Position numbers and translations under genes: made by a program. The notes below the pieces were generated by a model. The model was not told the origin of the DNA. It did no database searches and saw only the letters and a program-made list of their open reading frames with translations. Of a stretch of 53,720 nt of DNA, positions 45,715 through 53,720 are shown piece after piece; within the stretch, counting starts at the first letter, position 1; each line of letters starts with the position of its first letter. This stretch comes from a virus (Duplodnaviria; Caudoviricetes), in IMG/VR virus record IMGVR_UViG_3300035204_001410, positions 1-53,720 of that record. One strand, 5' to 3'.

Positions 45715-45900
45715 TTATTCAACAGAAAAAAGTAACTCTCTTTCCGTGTTTCTAGATACCTTTAATTCAAGGTCTTTAGCTTCTTTACTATATGGATCGC
45801 TTGAAACAATCTCTCTGATAGCTGGATTAAGATTATCATATTCTTCTTGATAGATTTTTTTATGGACATACCAATACTGGGGATGATTTTTAATGTTCAT
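45715..45900 (-). CDS. Hypothetical protein
   Basis: 61-aa ORF. Confidence 0.6.
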   Translation of the reverse strand: MNIKNHPQYWYVHKKIYQEEYDNLNPAIREIVSSDPYSKEAKDLELKVSRNTERELLFSVE

Positions 45901-45919
45901 ATTATTTATTAATATTTAT

Positions 45920-46135
45920 TTAAAATGGAGAATTAGTAGTTGATGCTTTCTTCTGACTATCATACTCCCATGACTCTGCGAGCTTAATAGCTTCTTTTGT
46001 AACCTCTTGGCTTACCCTCTCCCAGTCTGGAGATTCGTCCTCATGGTTAACAATTACTTTCTTTTTCCAACCGGGAAGCTTGTCAACTATTTGGTTCCAT
46101 GCTTTCTCGTAAAGTTTTGCCATTCGTTTGCTCAT
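45920..46135 (-). CDS. Hypothetical protein
   Basis: 71-aa ORF after a class B promoter. Confidence 0.65.
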   Translation of the reverse strand: MSKRMAKLYEKAWNQIVDKLPGWKKKVIVNHEDESPDWERVSQEVTKEAIKLAESWEYDSQKKASTTNSPF

Positions 46136-46259
46136 TGTACCTCCAGTATAAAGGGTTTTTTAAAAAAGTCAATATTAAAATACTTTAAAATAAACTATAT
46201 ATTCTATATTACATTTAAATTATCTATTTGTCAGTATATATTTCAAAAGAGCTAAAAAA

Positions 46260-46710
46260 ATTGGGCCGAAAAATTATTAATATTTATTCATTAAATTAAT
46301 AGTAACTTTCTTCTTTCCTTCTCTTATATAGGGAAACCATATTACGCCGTATTACGACAACTGGCAAAAATTAGCAAAAATTATTAATATTTATTCGCCG
46401 CTTAATTGTTACTTTCTTGGCGGCGGAAGAATCTCACTTTCTATATTTGGCTCAAAATCATTTATCCTCTAAATCTATATTTGGGTCAAAATCAAATAAA
46501 CTTGAAAAAAACTCCCCCTGCTTCCAAGGGGAGTCTCATATTATTATTACAATGAGTAAGGAACCAACCAAGGCGGCGAGAAATAACAAAACCGCCATGC
46601 TCCTCACACTATAATTAGTATATCATTTATTTATATTTAGTCAAGCTATATTTGCAAAAATATCTGGCAAAATTAATTATTAATATTTATTTATATTTAT
46701 TCGCCGCTAT
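46260..46710. repeat. AT-rich region with TTATTAATATTTATT repeats (origin candidate)
   Basis: Copies near 46274, 46381 and 46677 (also 45906); tctatatttgg(c/g)tcaaaatca twice (46440, 46474); tatttattcgccgct twice. Confidence 0.6.
46536..46607 (-). CDS. Hydrophobic micropeptide with own promoter and terminator
   Basis: (V)RSMAVLLFLAALVGSLLIVIII; promoter 46617-46644; hairpin plus T-tract 46505-46533. Confidence 0.5.
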   Translation of the reverse strand: MRSMAVLLFLAALVGSLLIVIII

Positions 46711-46982
46711 CTACTTGTATGTTTATTTAGCTCGTTTTCATTTAACCTGCAAAATTTATATTGACTTTAATAAAAATTATGTTATATTTATTACTGATTA
46801 CTTCAGCTTCTTATGTCTATATAGCTATAATACAATACAAAAAATAAATAAATAGATTTAAAAATTTATATTTGACATAAAAATAAAAGTGTGGCACACC
46901 CCACAGCACCACACTTTCACCCATACTGAAACACTAAAAACGTAAAAAACTTAATATATTTTAATAATTATAGACCTTATTC

Positions 46983-47057
46983 TTATAGCTTGTAAACTAC
47001 TATTCTATAAACAATGCTAAATATAAAAGCCATCAATAACAATCCTAAAAATTCCAT
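46983..47057 (-). CDS. 24-aa hydrophobic micropeptide
   Basis: MEFLGLLLMAFIFSIVYRIVVYKL. Confidence 0.5.
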   Translation of the reverse strand: MEFLGLLLMAFIFSIVYRIVVYKL

Positions 47058-47145
47058 AAATACAACCTTTCATATATTACAAGGAACACTTTGTATCTTA
47101 CAAGGCTCCAAATGTAGGCTGTATTTACTTTAGTAGAAGTAGGTT

Positions 47146-47445
47146 CTACTGTTCTCTCATTTCTTCTATTCCAACTACCTTTCTTCCATCCCACTCCCAA
47201 ACACCATCGTATTCTTCAAGAACCTTCAGTTGTTTGTTCATGCGGATATATTGAAATTCTCCCTCCACCCCCTTCAGCACTCCAAAATCCTTTATGGGTA
47301 CAGTCGCCTTTTTAGGACTGCCATTCTCGTATGTCTGGTTAAAACAGGTTATACGGGCGTGTGTGGCGTGTTTAGGGGGCGTTGGTACTTCCACTTCCCA
47401 ACCGTTTACTCCTACTACTCTTGTTGGTTTGGTCTTAAAGGGCAT
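47146..47445 (-). CDS. Hypothetical protein
   Basis: MPFKTKP start with GAGG upstream. Confidence 0.65.
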   Translation of the reverse strand: MPFKTKPTRVVGVNGWEVEVPTPPKHATHARITCFNQTYENGSPKKATVPIKDFGVLKGVEGEFQYIRMNKQLKVLEEYDGVWEWDGRKVVGIEEMREQ

Positions 47446-47446
47446 C

Positions 47447-47782
47447 TTATTCCTCTCCTGACCAATCACTATAAAAGTCAATATCTCCCTCGTTATATTC
47501 CAACCATGATTGGTGATACGGATCGACGAACATCGGAGTATGTTCGCCAACGTATGCGCCAGCTACATTAAATTCAAAGAACTCTATCGCTTCGTCCTCA
47601 TCCATGCCATCTCTTTCCATGAGTATATCTACGCACTTGTTAGTGTCATATAGAGCTTTCTTCGGTTCGTAGTTCTCAACGCCTATAAACGCATTGTCAA
47701 AACCGTCTGCAAGTAAAATCTTATCCATATCATTTGGATAATTATCTTTTAAATAAGTTGCTATATCTGATCTAGTTTTCAT
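47447..47782 (-). CDS. Conserved phage hypothetical protein
   Basis: ADGFDNAFIG...YD..KC..IL..RDGM..DEAIEFFEFNVAGAYVGE.TP. Confidence 0.8.
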   Translation of the reverse strand: MKTRSDIATYLKDNYPNDMDKILLADGFDNAFIGVENYEPKKALYDTNKCVDILMERDGMDEDEAIEFFEFNVAGAYVGEHTPMFVDPYHQSWLEYNEGDIDFYSDWSGEE

Positions 47783-47858
47783 TTTAATTAATTAATAAAT
47801 ATTCAAGTCTGGAAGGAGAAGGGGTAGGTTTTACCCTACCCCATTGAGTCCACCCCAA

Positions 47859-48704
47859 CTATTCCTCCAATTCGTCTTGCGCTGCTTTGTAACCAGCATC
47901 CCAGCCAGCACCGTATTCAACACTTTCCTCGTCCACACCGTCAAAATCCTCGTCCCATTCGACGTATGACGGCATGATTCCATCCTCCAAAGGAGGTGCT
48001 TCGATTGTTTCGTACACGCCAACTACAACGTATTTAGAAGTACGCAATTTTTGGCAATCGCAATCGTGAGGTACGCTTACAACGTCCCTTGGGTCGATCT
48101 CTACGACCATCAAATGACCTCCGCTACTAGCATATCCCTTGGCATATTCGTAGCTTCCAGCATGAAAACCATTAGAACAACCAATATTGGCATCATCACA
48201 TACGCCATTTCGACGCATTTCCAGTGTTTTACCCACACTGTTATCAAAACTGCGAGTATGGAAGTCCATGAACTCACTCGTAACACCCTTATAGGCAAGG
48301 AAGTTGCCATTAGCAGTCAGAGGCATATTTTTATGCTCCAGAAAGCGATATAGCTCGTTTACAGAGCGAGCGGAAGGGTTTTCCATTAGCTTGCCAAGAA
48401 ACTTAACAAGCGGCTTATATGGCAATCCTCCGCGCATAAACGCTAGGATTTTATCCACAACCAAGTTGTGAACGTACTCACCTTGATAAAGAACAGCACC
48501 GTCCTTAATCTCGACCTCTGCTTCAGAGTCAAGATAGTCCTCTACTGCTTTACCAACGTCAAAAAGACTCTCAAGACGCTCCCAATCTTCATCCTTTAAC
48601 GCTTCGTTAGCTTGTTGCCAAGCAGGATGGTCATGGTTCATCGTATGAGCCTTGCCCTCAATTACTACTGTAAGGGACTCATCGGTTAGTATGTATGGGT
48701 TCAT
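47859..48704 (-). CDS. rIIB: rIIB-like protein
   Basis: ENPS.RSV.ELY.FL...PLT..G.FLAYK.V, CSNGFH, V.IDP.DVVSVP.D...KLR..KY. Confidence 0.88.
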   Translation of the reverse strand: MNPYILTDESLTVVIEGKAHTMNHDHPAWQQANEALKDEDWERLESLFDVGKAVEDYLDSEAEVEIKDGAVLYQGEYVHNLVVDKILAFMRGGLPYKPLVKFLGKLMENPSARSVNELYRFLEHKNMPLTANGNFLAYKGVTSEFMDFHTRSFDNSVGKTLEMRRNGVCDDANIGCSNGFHAGSYEYAKGYASSGGHLMVVEIDPRDVVSVPHDCDCQKLRTSKYVVVGVYETIEAPPLEDGIMPSYVEWDEDFDGVDEESVEYGAGWDAGYKAAQDELEE

Positions 48705-48766
48705 AATCTATTAGGTTTAGTTTGTTTCTCTTATCTACTTATAGTATAACATCTTTTTTAATTAAG

Positions 48767-48955
48767 TCAAGAGGTTTTTTCATTTTTTTTCTCATACCAA
48801 TGCTTACTAAACTTGGTTGATTCTAACTTTCTTAAATCATCAATCACTATTCGGAGTTGATTAGCTGCACCTCCATCATAATCATCCATAATAATCATAT
48901 CTCTTAATTGTTGTTGATATTCTTCAATTTGCTTTTTTAGTTCATTCATTTTCAA
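48767..48955 (-). CDS. Hypothetical protein
   Basis: 62-aa ORF; stop lies inside the next -35. Confidence 0.6.
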   Translation of the reverse strand: MKMNELKKQIEEYQQQLRDMIIMDDYDGGAANQLRIVIDDLRKLESTKFSKHWYEKKNEKTS

Positions 48956-49382
48956 ATCCTTTAAATAGTTTTAATTGTTTGTCTATACATTCTCTCATTT
49001 TATATTGAAGTAATAAGGACTGCTCCAGTTCTTCTACATAATCACTTACAAACAAGAATCTATTTTCTACTCCATCAAATTCTATCTCACTATCTCTCAA
49101 TGAAGGGGCAAGGTTTCTCATCTCGCTCATTTCTTTTTCAAACTTTACTGATGTGCTTATGTATTTTGCACCACACTCTCTTAACTTTTTTAATTTATTA
49201 ATAATTATATCATCCCGCGCATAAGCCTCTGGCTCTTTTAACATCTTCGCAAAGCTCTCAATTCGTTCCAATAAATCATCTAGTAGGTTGAAATACTTTT
49301 CTTCAATAGTATTTAGTTGTTCATGGAAAAACTCATAGCTCTCGCAATTTAATAATATTAGCTCTTTCGTTTTTTCGTCCAT
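48942..49382 (-). CDS. Hypothetical coiled-coil protein
   Basis: 146-aa ORF. Confidence 0.7.
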   Translation of the reverse strand: MDEKTKELILLNCESYEFFHEQLNTIEEKYFNLLDDLLERIESFAKMLKEPEAYARDDIIINKLKKLRECGAKYISTSVKFEKEMSEMRNLAPSLRDSEIEFDGVENRFLFVSDYVEELEQSLLLQYKMRECIDKQLKLFKGFENE

Positions 49383-49389
49383 AAATTGA

Positions 49390-49430
49390 AAAGCGGGTAA
49401 CGAGGGAAAACCTACTAACCCTCGCTACCC
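49390..49430 (-). terminator. Hairpin/terminator after rIIA
   Basis: GGGTAGCGAGGG...CCCTCGTTACCC-GCTTTT. Confidence 0.6.
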
Positions 49431-49447
49431 TACCAAGAATGGACAAC

Positions 49448-51688
49448 CTACGAACCATTCTTGGAATTATGTTTGATGTTACATACATCTATAATGTTTA
49501 TGTAGTTGGCAAGATCGTCAACAAATTCGTTGGTGCATTGCCAGTTCCATCGGTTATACTCCATGTGTTTTAGCATGGTGTATCTTTCTTCAACCTTTTT
49601 CTTCAACCCTTTTAAGTCTGTGCTTGGTTCTACGTCGAGCTTCAACTCTATCCCCAAGTCAACGAGAGTGCCTTCTACGACCTCTAGCGTTTTCAGAGCG
49701 TCTTTTGTCATGGTCTTTTGAAGCATCCTTCTTGCGGTGTAAAACTCACGCATAGGACTATCTTCAGAAACAATACCCTTTAGTAAACGGATTAGATGCT
49801 TATCGCTCTTATCCCATGCCCAATTCGTATTGCTCGATACATTCTTGAGTAAACGATTATCAACTATGGTCTGTTGGAGGCTATCAATGTGCTTTTTAAC
49901 CTCTCTAGGTAGCCATTTGAAGAAGTTTTCCCAACCGTCTTTACCTTCGACCTTGTTGCGACTACCATTCTTAACACCAATCACTCTTGGAAGTTTAATG
50001 TTAAAATGTTCTAGTACGTTCGCAAGGTTTTTCCAACTCCGCAAGTCTTGCAACCTGTGAGAAGGTGCGTCAAGTGCTTGGAATCGGTCAATAATTACAT
50101 ATAAGCCAGACTCGTTATCAAAATCAACAGATTCTTTAGTCCAATAGGCAGAGTGCTTGTCTTGCCAGTTCCCAATCTTTTTCCAATCGGCTTGGAATAC
50201 TTTGCTTGCGAGCTTTTCGTCCTTTTTCCATTCACCACTAACCGTGGAGGTTCGTCCATACCCTTCAAACTCGTTTAGTTTGCGTACAGGTAGTTCGGAG
50301 AACTTTTGTGTTGGTGCATCAAAGTTCAGCTTCTTTAGCTCCTTTTTGGCTTCTTTTGGATCAAGGTAAGTGACAAGGTAAGGCTTTAAGTCCTGCTCTA
50401 TTGCCAACCCAAGCAACCTGTTCATTAACCCGCGAGTAGCTTTCTCATCGTTTATGATAACCACCGTATTGTGTCTGCACTCGATACGATTGGTAGTCTC
50501 GACCTTGAACTTGTTACTACGTTGGGTTTTGCCCAAGTGTTGAACCTTTAGTGCGTTCTCCGAAATGTTCCCCGTCCAAAAATGATCGCTTTCAACTTTA
50601 ACACCGTTGACTTCAATATTTTTGTTAATTAATTCGCGGAACTGGTAAAGCCCACTTGAGAAATCGTCGATAGTACCGATAAGGCATTTAGCTTCAAACA
50701 TAGTAGTGCAATCACCAAACTCCTTTTGGATTTCCGCAATCAGTTCTTCCTTAACTTTCTTGAGCTTCTGGATGACGCTCTTGTTGGTGTGGTCAGTATA
50801 TTGGAGTTGTTCGCGGGATGCGGAAATCTCCATATCACCAATTTCGACCTCAAGAATTAAGTTATCAGAACAAAGATTTTGCAATTCACGCCAATCTTCA
50901 TTGTTTGAATCATAATTTAGAGAATGAAAGTCAATAGGGTATCCGATATTCCCCATTACTGCTATGGCATTACCATCGTTGCTGCGACTGTAATAATTGT
51001 TGTAATGATGCTTTTGTTTGCGCCATTTCCAATCTTTCCCCTCGTATAAGACGGTTCTATCGTCAAATTCCACTGGTTGCCCCTTAATAAGTGGACGAAC
51101 CTTAAAATGCTGGAAAATTTCTTCTGCTGTTGAGCGAAAAGTTTCGACATCTTCCTCTTTGGTAGGAATAACAATCTCAATACCATTTTCTTCATCAGTA
51201 TCTTCAACGCCAAGTTTAGCAATTTGTCCAACTTGAGATGGATCAATAAAGGCGTTGTAGGTATGCTTCTGACCGTCAACGAATGAGTTGATTACAAAGT
51301 TATCACCGTATGCGAACGCACTTTTTGAACCGATGCCAAGCATACCTGTTTGGCTATTCGTATTCCGCTTCGTACTTTCGCCGTAAAAGGCATATATATC
51401 TTGAACATCTTTATCTGTAAGAGCAGTACCAAAGTCTCTGATTTTTAGATTTGGATTGAGTTGAGTTGGAAGGGTTACTTCGATTGGCCTTTCTGGGCAT
51501 CCCGCTTCCACATGAGAATCAACACCGTTTACGGCATACTCCCGTAGGACTGCCATATACTTGTTTGAATAAAGCTGATTGCGTAATACATTGAAGATAT
51601 GTGCGAATCCATCTTCTTTGATTCCGAAAGAGACTGTGTTGGTGATTCCGCTCGATGCGAGCTTTCGTGATGTAGGTTGTTGTATCAT
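49448..51688 (-). CDS. rIIA: rIIA-like protein (N-terminal GHKL ATPase fold)
   Basis: LYSNKYMAVLREYAVNGVDSH, IRDFG, YGESTKR, GMLGIGSKSAFAY, MGNIGYP, SREQL. Confidence 0.9.
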   Translation of the reverse strand: MIQQPTSRKLASSGITNTVSFGIKEDGFAHIFNVLRNQLYSNKYMAVLREYAVNGVDSHVEAGCPERPIEVTLPTQLNPNLKIRDFGTALTDKDVQDIYAFYGESTKRNTNSQTGMLGIGSKSAFAYGDNFVINSFVDGQKHTYNAFIDPSQVGQIAKLGVEDTDEENGIEIVIPTKEEDVETFRSTAEEIFQHFKVRPLIKGQPVEFDDRTVLYEGKDWKWRKQKHHYNNYYSRSNDGNAIAVMGNIGYPIDFHSLNYDSNNEDWRELQNLCSDNLILEVEIGDMEISASREQLQYTDHTNKSVIQKLKKVKEELIAEIQKEFGDCTTMFEAKCLIGTIDDFSSGLYQFRELINKNIEVNGVKVESDHFWTGNISENALKVQHLGKTQRSNKFKVETTNRIECRHNTVVIINDEKATRGLMNRLLGLAIEQDLKPYLVTYLDPKEAKKELKKLNFDAPTQKFSELPVRKLNEFEGYGRTSTVSGEWKKDEKLASKVFQADWKKIGNWQDKHSAYWTKESVDFDNESGLYVIIDRFQALDAPSHRLQDLRSWKNLANVLEHFNIKLPRVIGVKNGSRNKVEGKDGWENFFKWLPREVKKHIDSLQQTIVDNRLLKNVSSNTNWAWDKSDKHLIRLLKGIVSEDSPMREFYTARRMLQKTMTKDALKTLEVVEGTLVDLGIELKLDVEPSTDLKGLKKKVEERYTMLKHMEYNRWNWQCTNEFVDDLANYINIIDVCNIKHNSKNGS

Positions 51689-51833
51689 TTTCTTTTGTAG
51701 GTTTGTTCTTGTCTACATTCAATATACCATTTTTTTTAAATAAGTCAAGTAGTTTTTTTAGTTTTTTTGAATCTATTAAATTGAAGAAAGTGATTTTCTT
51801 AAAATCACAACACATCTCAATAAATTTTAATAT

Positions 51834-52037
51834 TTATCTCCACCTCTTATCTCTCCTTGCTTGGAGCATTGCCTCAAATTTAGCCTTCTTTTTCTTTTCC
51901 TTCTTTACTTCAGATGGTTTCTTGTAGTATCTACGCTCTTTCAACTTATCCATGACCTGTTCTCTGTCTAGTTGTGATTTTAGACGCTTTAAACCTCTGT
52001 CAACTGATTCGCCTTTATGTAATTTAACTTCAGCCAT
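51834..52037 (-). CDS. rpsU: Ribosomal protein bS21
   Basis: V.L.KGESVDR.LKRLK...E......K.RRYY.KPSE.K. Confidence 0.9.
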   Translation of the reverse strand: MAEVKLHKGESVDRGLKRLKSQLDREQVMDKLKERRYYKKPSEVKKEKKKKAKFEAMLQARRDKRWR

Positions 52038-52402
52038 TATGCTATCTCCTTTACTTTGTTAATTACTTCCATAACTTCGTTTAGTTGTTCTGGAGTAAAT
52101 CTTGTACGATTAAAATGAATGTAATTTTCTTGGGTATTTATTGTTGCAACAATAGTCTCTGTTACTCGCCAAGACTTTGTTATCCATTCGCCGCTATCAT
52201 GGTTTTGGATTTTATTTTCTTTTGTTTCTGTGTTTTGAGGAAAATGAATGTTTATAGTAGGATACTCCTTGGTAACATTCGTCATGGTTACAGATACTTC
52301 GTTATCTTTAACATCTGATTCTTTTTCAAGAATATCTTCTTGGGGAATTTTTGAGTTCCTTTTAACTCTGCTATTTTTAATCCACTTTATCTTTGCGCTC
52401 AT
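52037..52402 (-). CDS. Hypothetical protein
   Basis: 121-aa ORF coupled to rpsU. Confidence 0.7.
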   Translation of the reverse strand: MSAKIKWIKNSRVKRNSKIPQEDILEKESDVKDNEVSVTMTNVTKEYPTINIHFPQNTETKENKIQNHDSGEWITKSWRVTETIVATINTQENYIHFNRTRFTPEQLNEVMEVINKVKEIA

Positions 52403-52449
52403 TTTATTATATTAATATTTACATTGAAAGGTTGCCAAACTATTTTAAA

Positions 52450-52716
52450 TTAATTTATATCCTTTACTGTCCCATCTTCCCCTATCTCTAGTCCACGATG
52501 CTTCTCTATTTCTGATACATCAACGCTATAACTTCCCGAAAAGTCAAGGTGATCGTTATGGTAAGCATCATTCTTTTCATCTTGCTTCTGCCATTCTCTT
52601 TCTATAAAATCTCTAAACTCTTTCGACCTCGCTTGAGATGGCACGTTAGCATCACCGTTTTGAGCGATGGCAACATGGCGACGATATACTTCTTCTAAAA
52701 TTTGACTATCATTCAT
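52450..52716 (-). CDS. Hypothetical protein
   Basis: MNDSQILE start with AAGGA SD. Confidence 0.65.
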   Translation of the reverse strand: MNDSQILEEVYRRHVAIAQNGDANVPSQARSKEFRDFIEREWQKQDEKNDAYHNDHLDFSGSYSVDVSEIEKHRGLEIGEDGTVKDIN

Positions 52717-52774
52717 TTCACTTCCTTTCTTAATGTTGTCAAAGATAATCTTGTCCGACAAAAATAACAAGCAT

Positions 52775-53029
52775 TTAATCATCATCATCTGCGCTGAAAT
52801 GATGTCTACATTTCTTTTTTAATTTATCCTTAAACTTCTGAAGTAAGTCCCACAACTTTTGTTCTTCCGTAGTATTAGCTTTTATATCGTATTCATCTTT
52901 AGCTATAAAGAATATCTCACCAAACTTCTCGTCAACCATGTGATCTAACGTAATCTTCCTCTGCTCCTCAAAGGATTCTACCTTGCTTTTAGGAGGATAT
53001 GTGGTAACGCTGTCTTTGTTTTCTGGCAT
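52775..53029 (-). CDS. Hypothetical protein
   Basis: 84-aa ORF with GAGG upstream. Confidence 0.65.
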   Translation of the reverse strand: MPENKDSVTTYPPKSKVESFEEQRKITLDHMVDEKFGEIFFIAKDEYDIKANTTEEQKLWDLLQKFKDKLKKKCRHHFSADDDD

Positions 53030-53030
53030 T

Positions 53031-53219
53031 TTAATCCTCTCTCATTTCTGAATCTTCATAACAAGCATCACACATTAATACCTTTTGCGGTACGGATTGC
53101 GTCAGCATGAAGTGGAAATCTTCAATCGAGCTAACTTTGACACCGTTAAGTGCGTGATATAACTCGTATGTTTCTTGTCCACATTCGGGACAATTAATGG
53201 GTTTTGAGTATGTTGTCAT
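53031..53219 (-). CDS. Zinc-finger protein
   Basis: CPECG...CDACY. Confidence 0.65.
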   Translation of the reverse strand: MTTYSKPINCPECGQETYELYHALNGVKVSSIEDFHFMLTQSVPQKVLMCDACYEDSEMRED

Positions 53220-53222
53220 AAT

Positions 53223-53399
53223 TTAATCGTCTAGTGGGCTATCTCCTCGATAGCTCTCTCTATATTTTTTAATATTTATATCGTCGGCATTTGATGCCTT
53301 CTTTCGAGGGAGGTTGTTATACAACTGCTCGTCGAGCTTTTTCTTTAATTGAGACTTCTGTTTGTCTCGCCAATTTTTATACGCTTTTTCGTTTTTCAT
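53223..53399 (-). CDS. Small basic hypothetical protein (58 aa)
   Basis: MKNEKAYK; fills the gap in the operon. Confidence 0.5.
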   Translation of the reverse strand: MKNEKAYKNWRDKQKSQLKKKLDEQLYNNLPRKKASNADDINIKKYRESYRGDSPLDD

Positions 53400-53542
53400 T
53401 TCGTTTTTTAATGTCTCTTTGGTTATACCCTGTTTGTCTTTTGGACGGCATAGACGCTTTCAGTTGTTCGATTGCCTGTTCACCTTCTCCATCGCTCATG
53501 CTATAAAGAGTGTCTATCCACCAATCCCTATCCTTTATCCAT

Positions 53543-53707
53543 TTATCTTTCAATCTTTTCAAAGTGTTTGTCTACTATGTCGAGTACGTCCTCTTGTAGC
53601 GTCTGTTTCCATCCAGCCTCGTTGTCTAGTTGAGGCCAATACCGATTGAAGTATGCTTCAACATCTTCATGTATGTCTGCTTTAACGTCTAATATTTTGT
53701 ATCCCAT
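53543..53707 (-). CDS. Hypothetical protein (54 aa)
   Basis: MGYKILDV with GGAGG SD at the window end. Confidence 0.6.
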   Translation of the reverse strand: MGYKILDVKADIHEDVEAYFNRYWPQLDNEAGWKQTLQEDVLDIVDKHFEKIER

Positions 53708-53720
53708 AATTTAATCCTCC

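Larger units (their letters stand above)
35723..51748 (-). promoter_or_regulatory. Class B promoters TTGACT-N16-TATA(T/C)T with A/T-tract spacers (7 copies)
   Basis: 35723-35750, 43421-43448, 45661-45688, 46145-46172, 46617-46644, 48743-48770, 51721-51748. Confidence 0.85.

Noticed and set aside
46872-46900. Plus-strand TTGACA at 46872 as a promoter
   Set aside because: The hexamer at the -10 position is CACACC, not a TATAAT-like sequence.

Overview
This is a 53.7-kb segment of a large tailed dsDNA phage (Caudoviricetes), and essentially all real genes are on the minus strand. The host is unknown; the bS21 looks Verrucomicrobia-like from recall only. (1) 1-8939 is one giant fibre ORF of more than 2979 aa that runs off the window and is missing from the ORF track. 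It has Gly-Tyr-Gln collagen tracts, a C1q-like domain, degenerate TIKI/RRSP-like and M23-like domains, and Thr-rich repeats. (2) 9-21 kb is the head module: major capsid, decoration protein, protease/scaffold, portal and large terminase, with a tubulin/FtsZ-family gene inside it. (3) 21-26 kb holds an ERCC4 nuclease, a SET methyltransferase, a sigma factor and PhoH. (4) 26-32.7 kb is a rhamnose/glycan-modification cluster. (5) 33-44 kb is an early-type region of small genes, most with their own sigma70 promoter and a start codon at about +1 (leaderless). It contains seven copies of an unusual phased DNA element whose fixed 29-bp core occurs in both orientations, and a ~570-nt structured ncRNA candidate with its own promoter and terminator. 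(6) 44-53.7 kb holds a RuvB-like ATPase, an AT-rich repeat region, rIIA/rIIB and bS21. All family calls come from motif recognition by eye; no searches were run.
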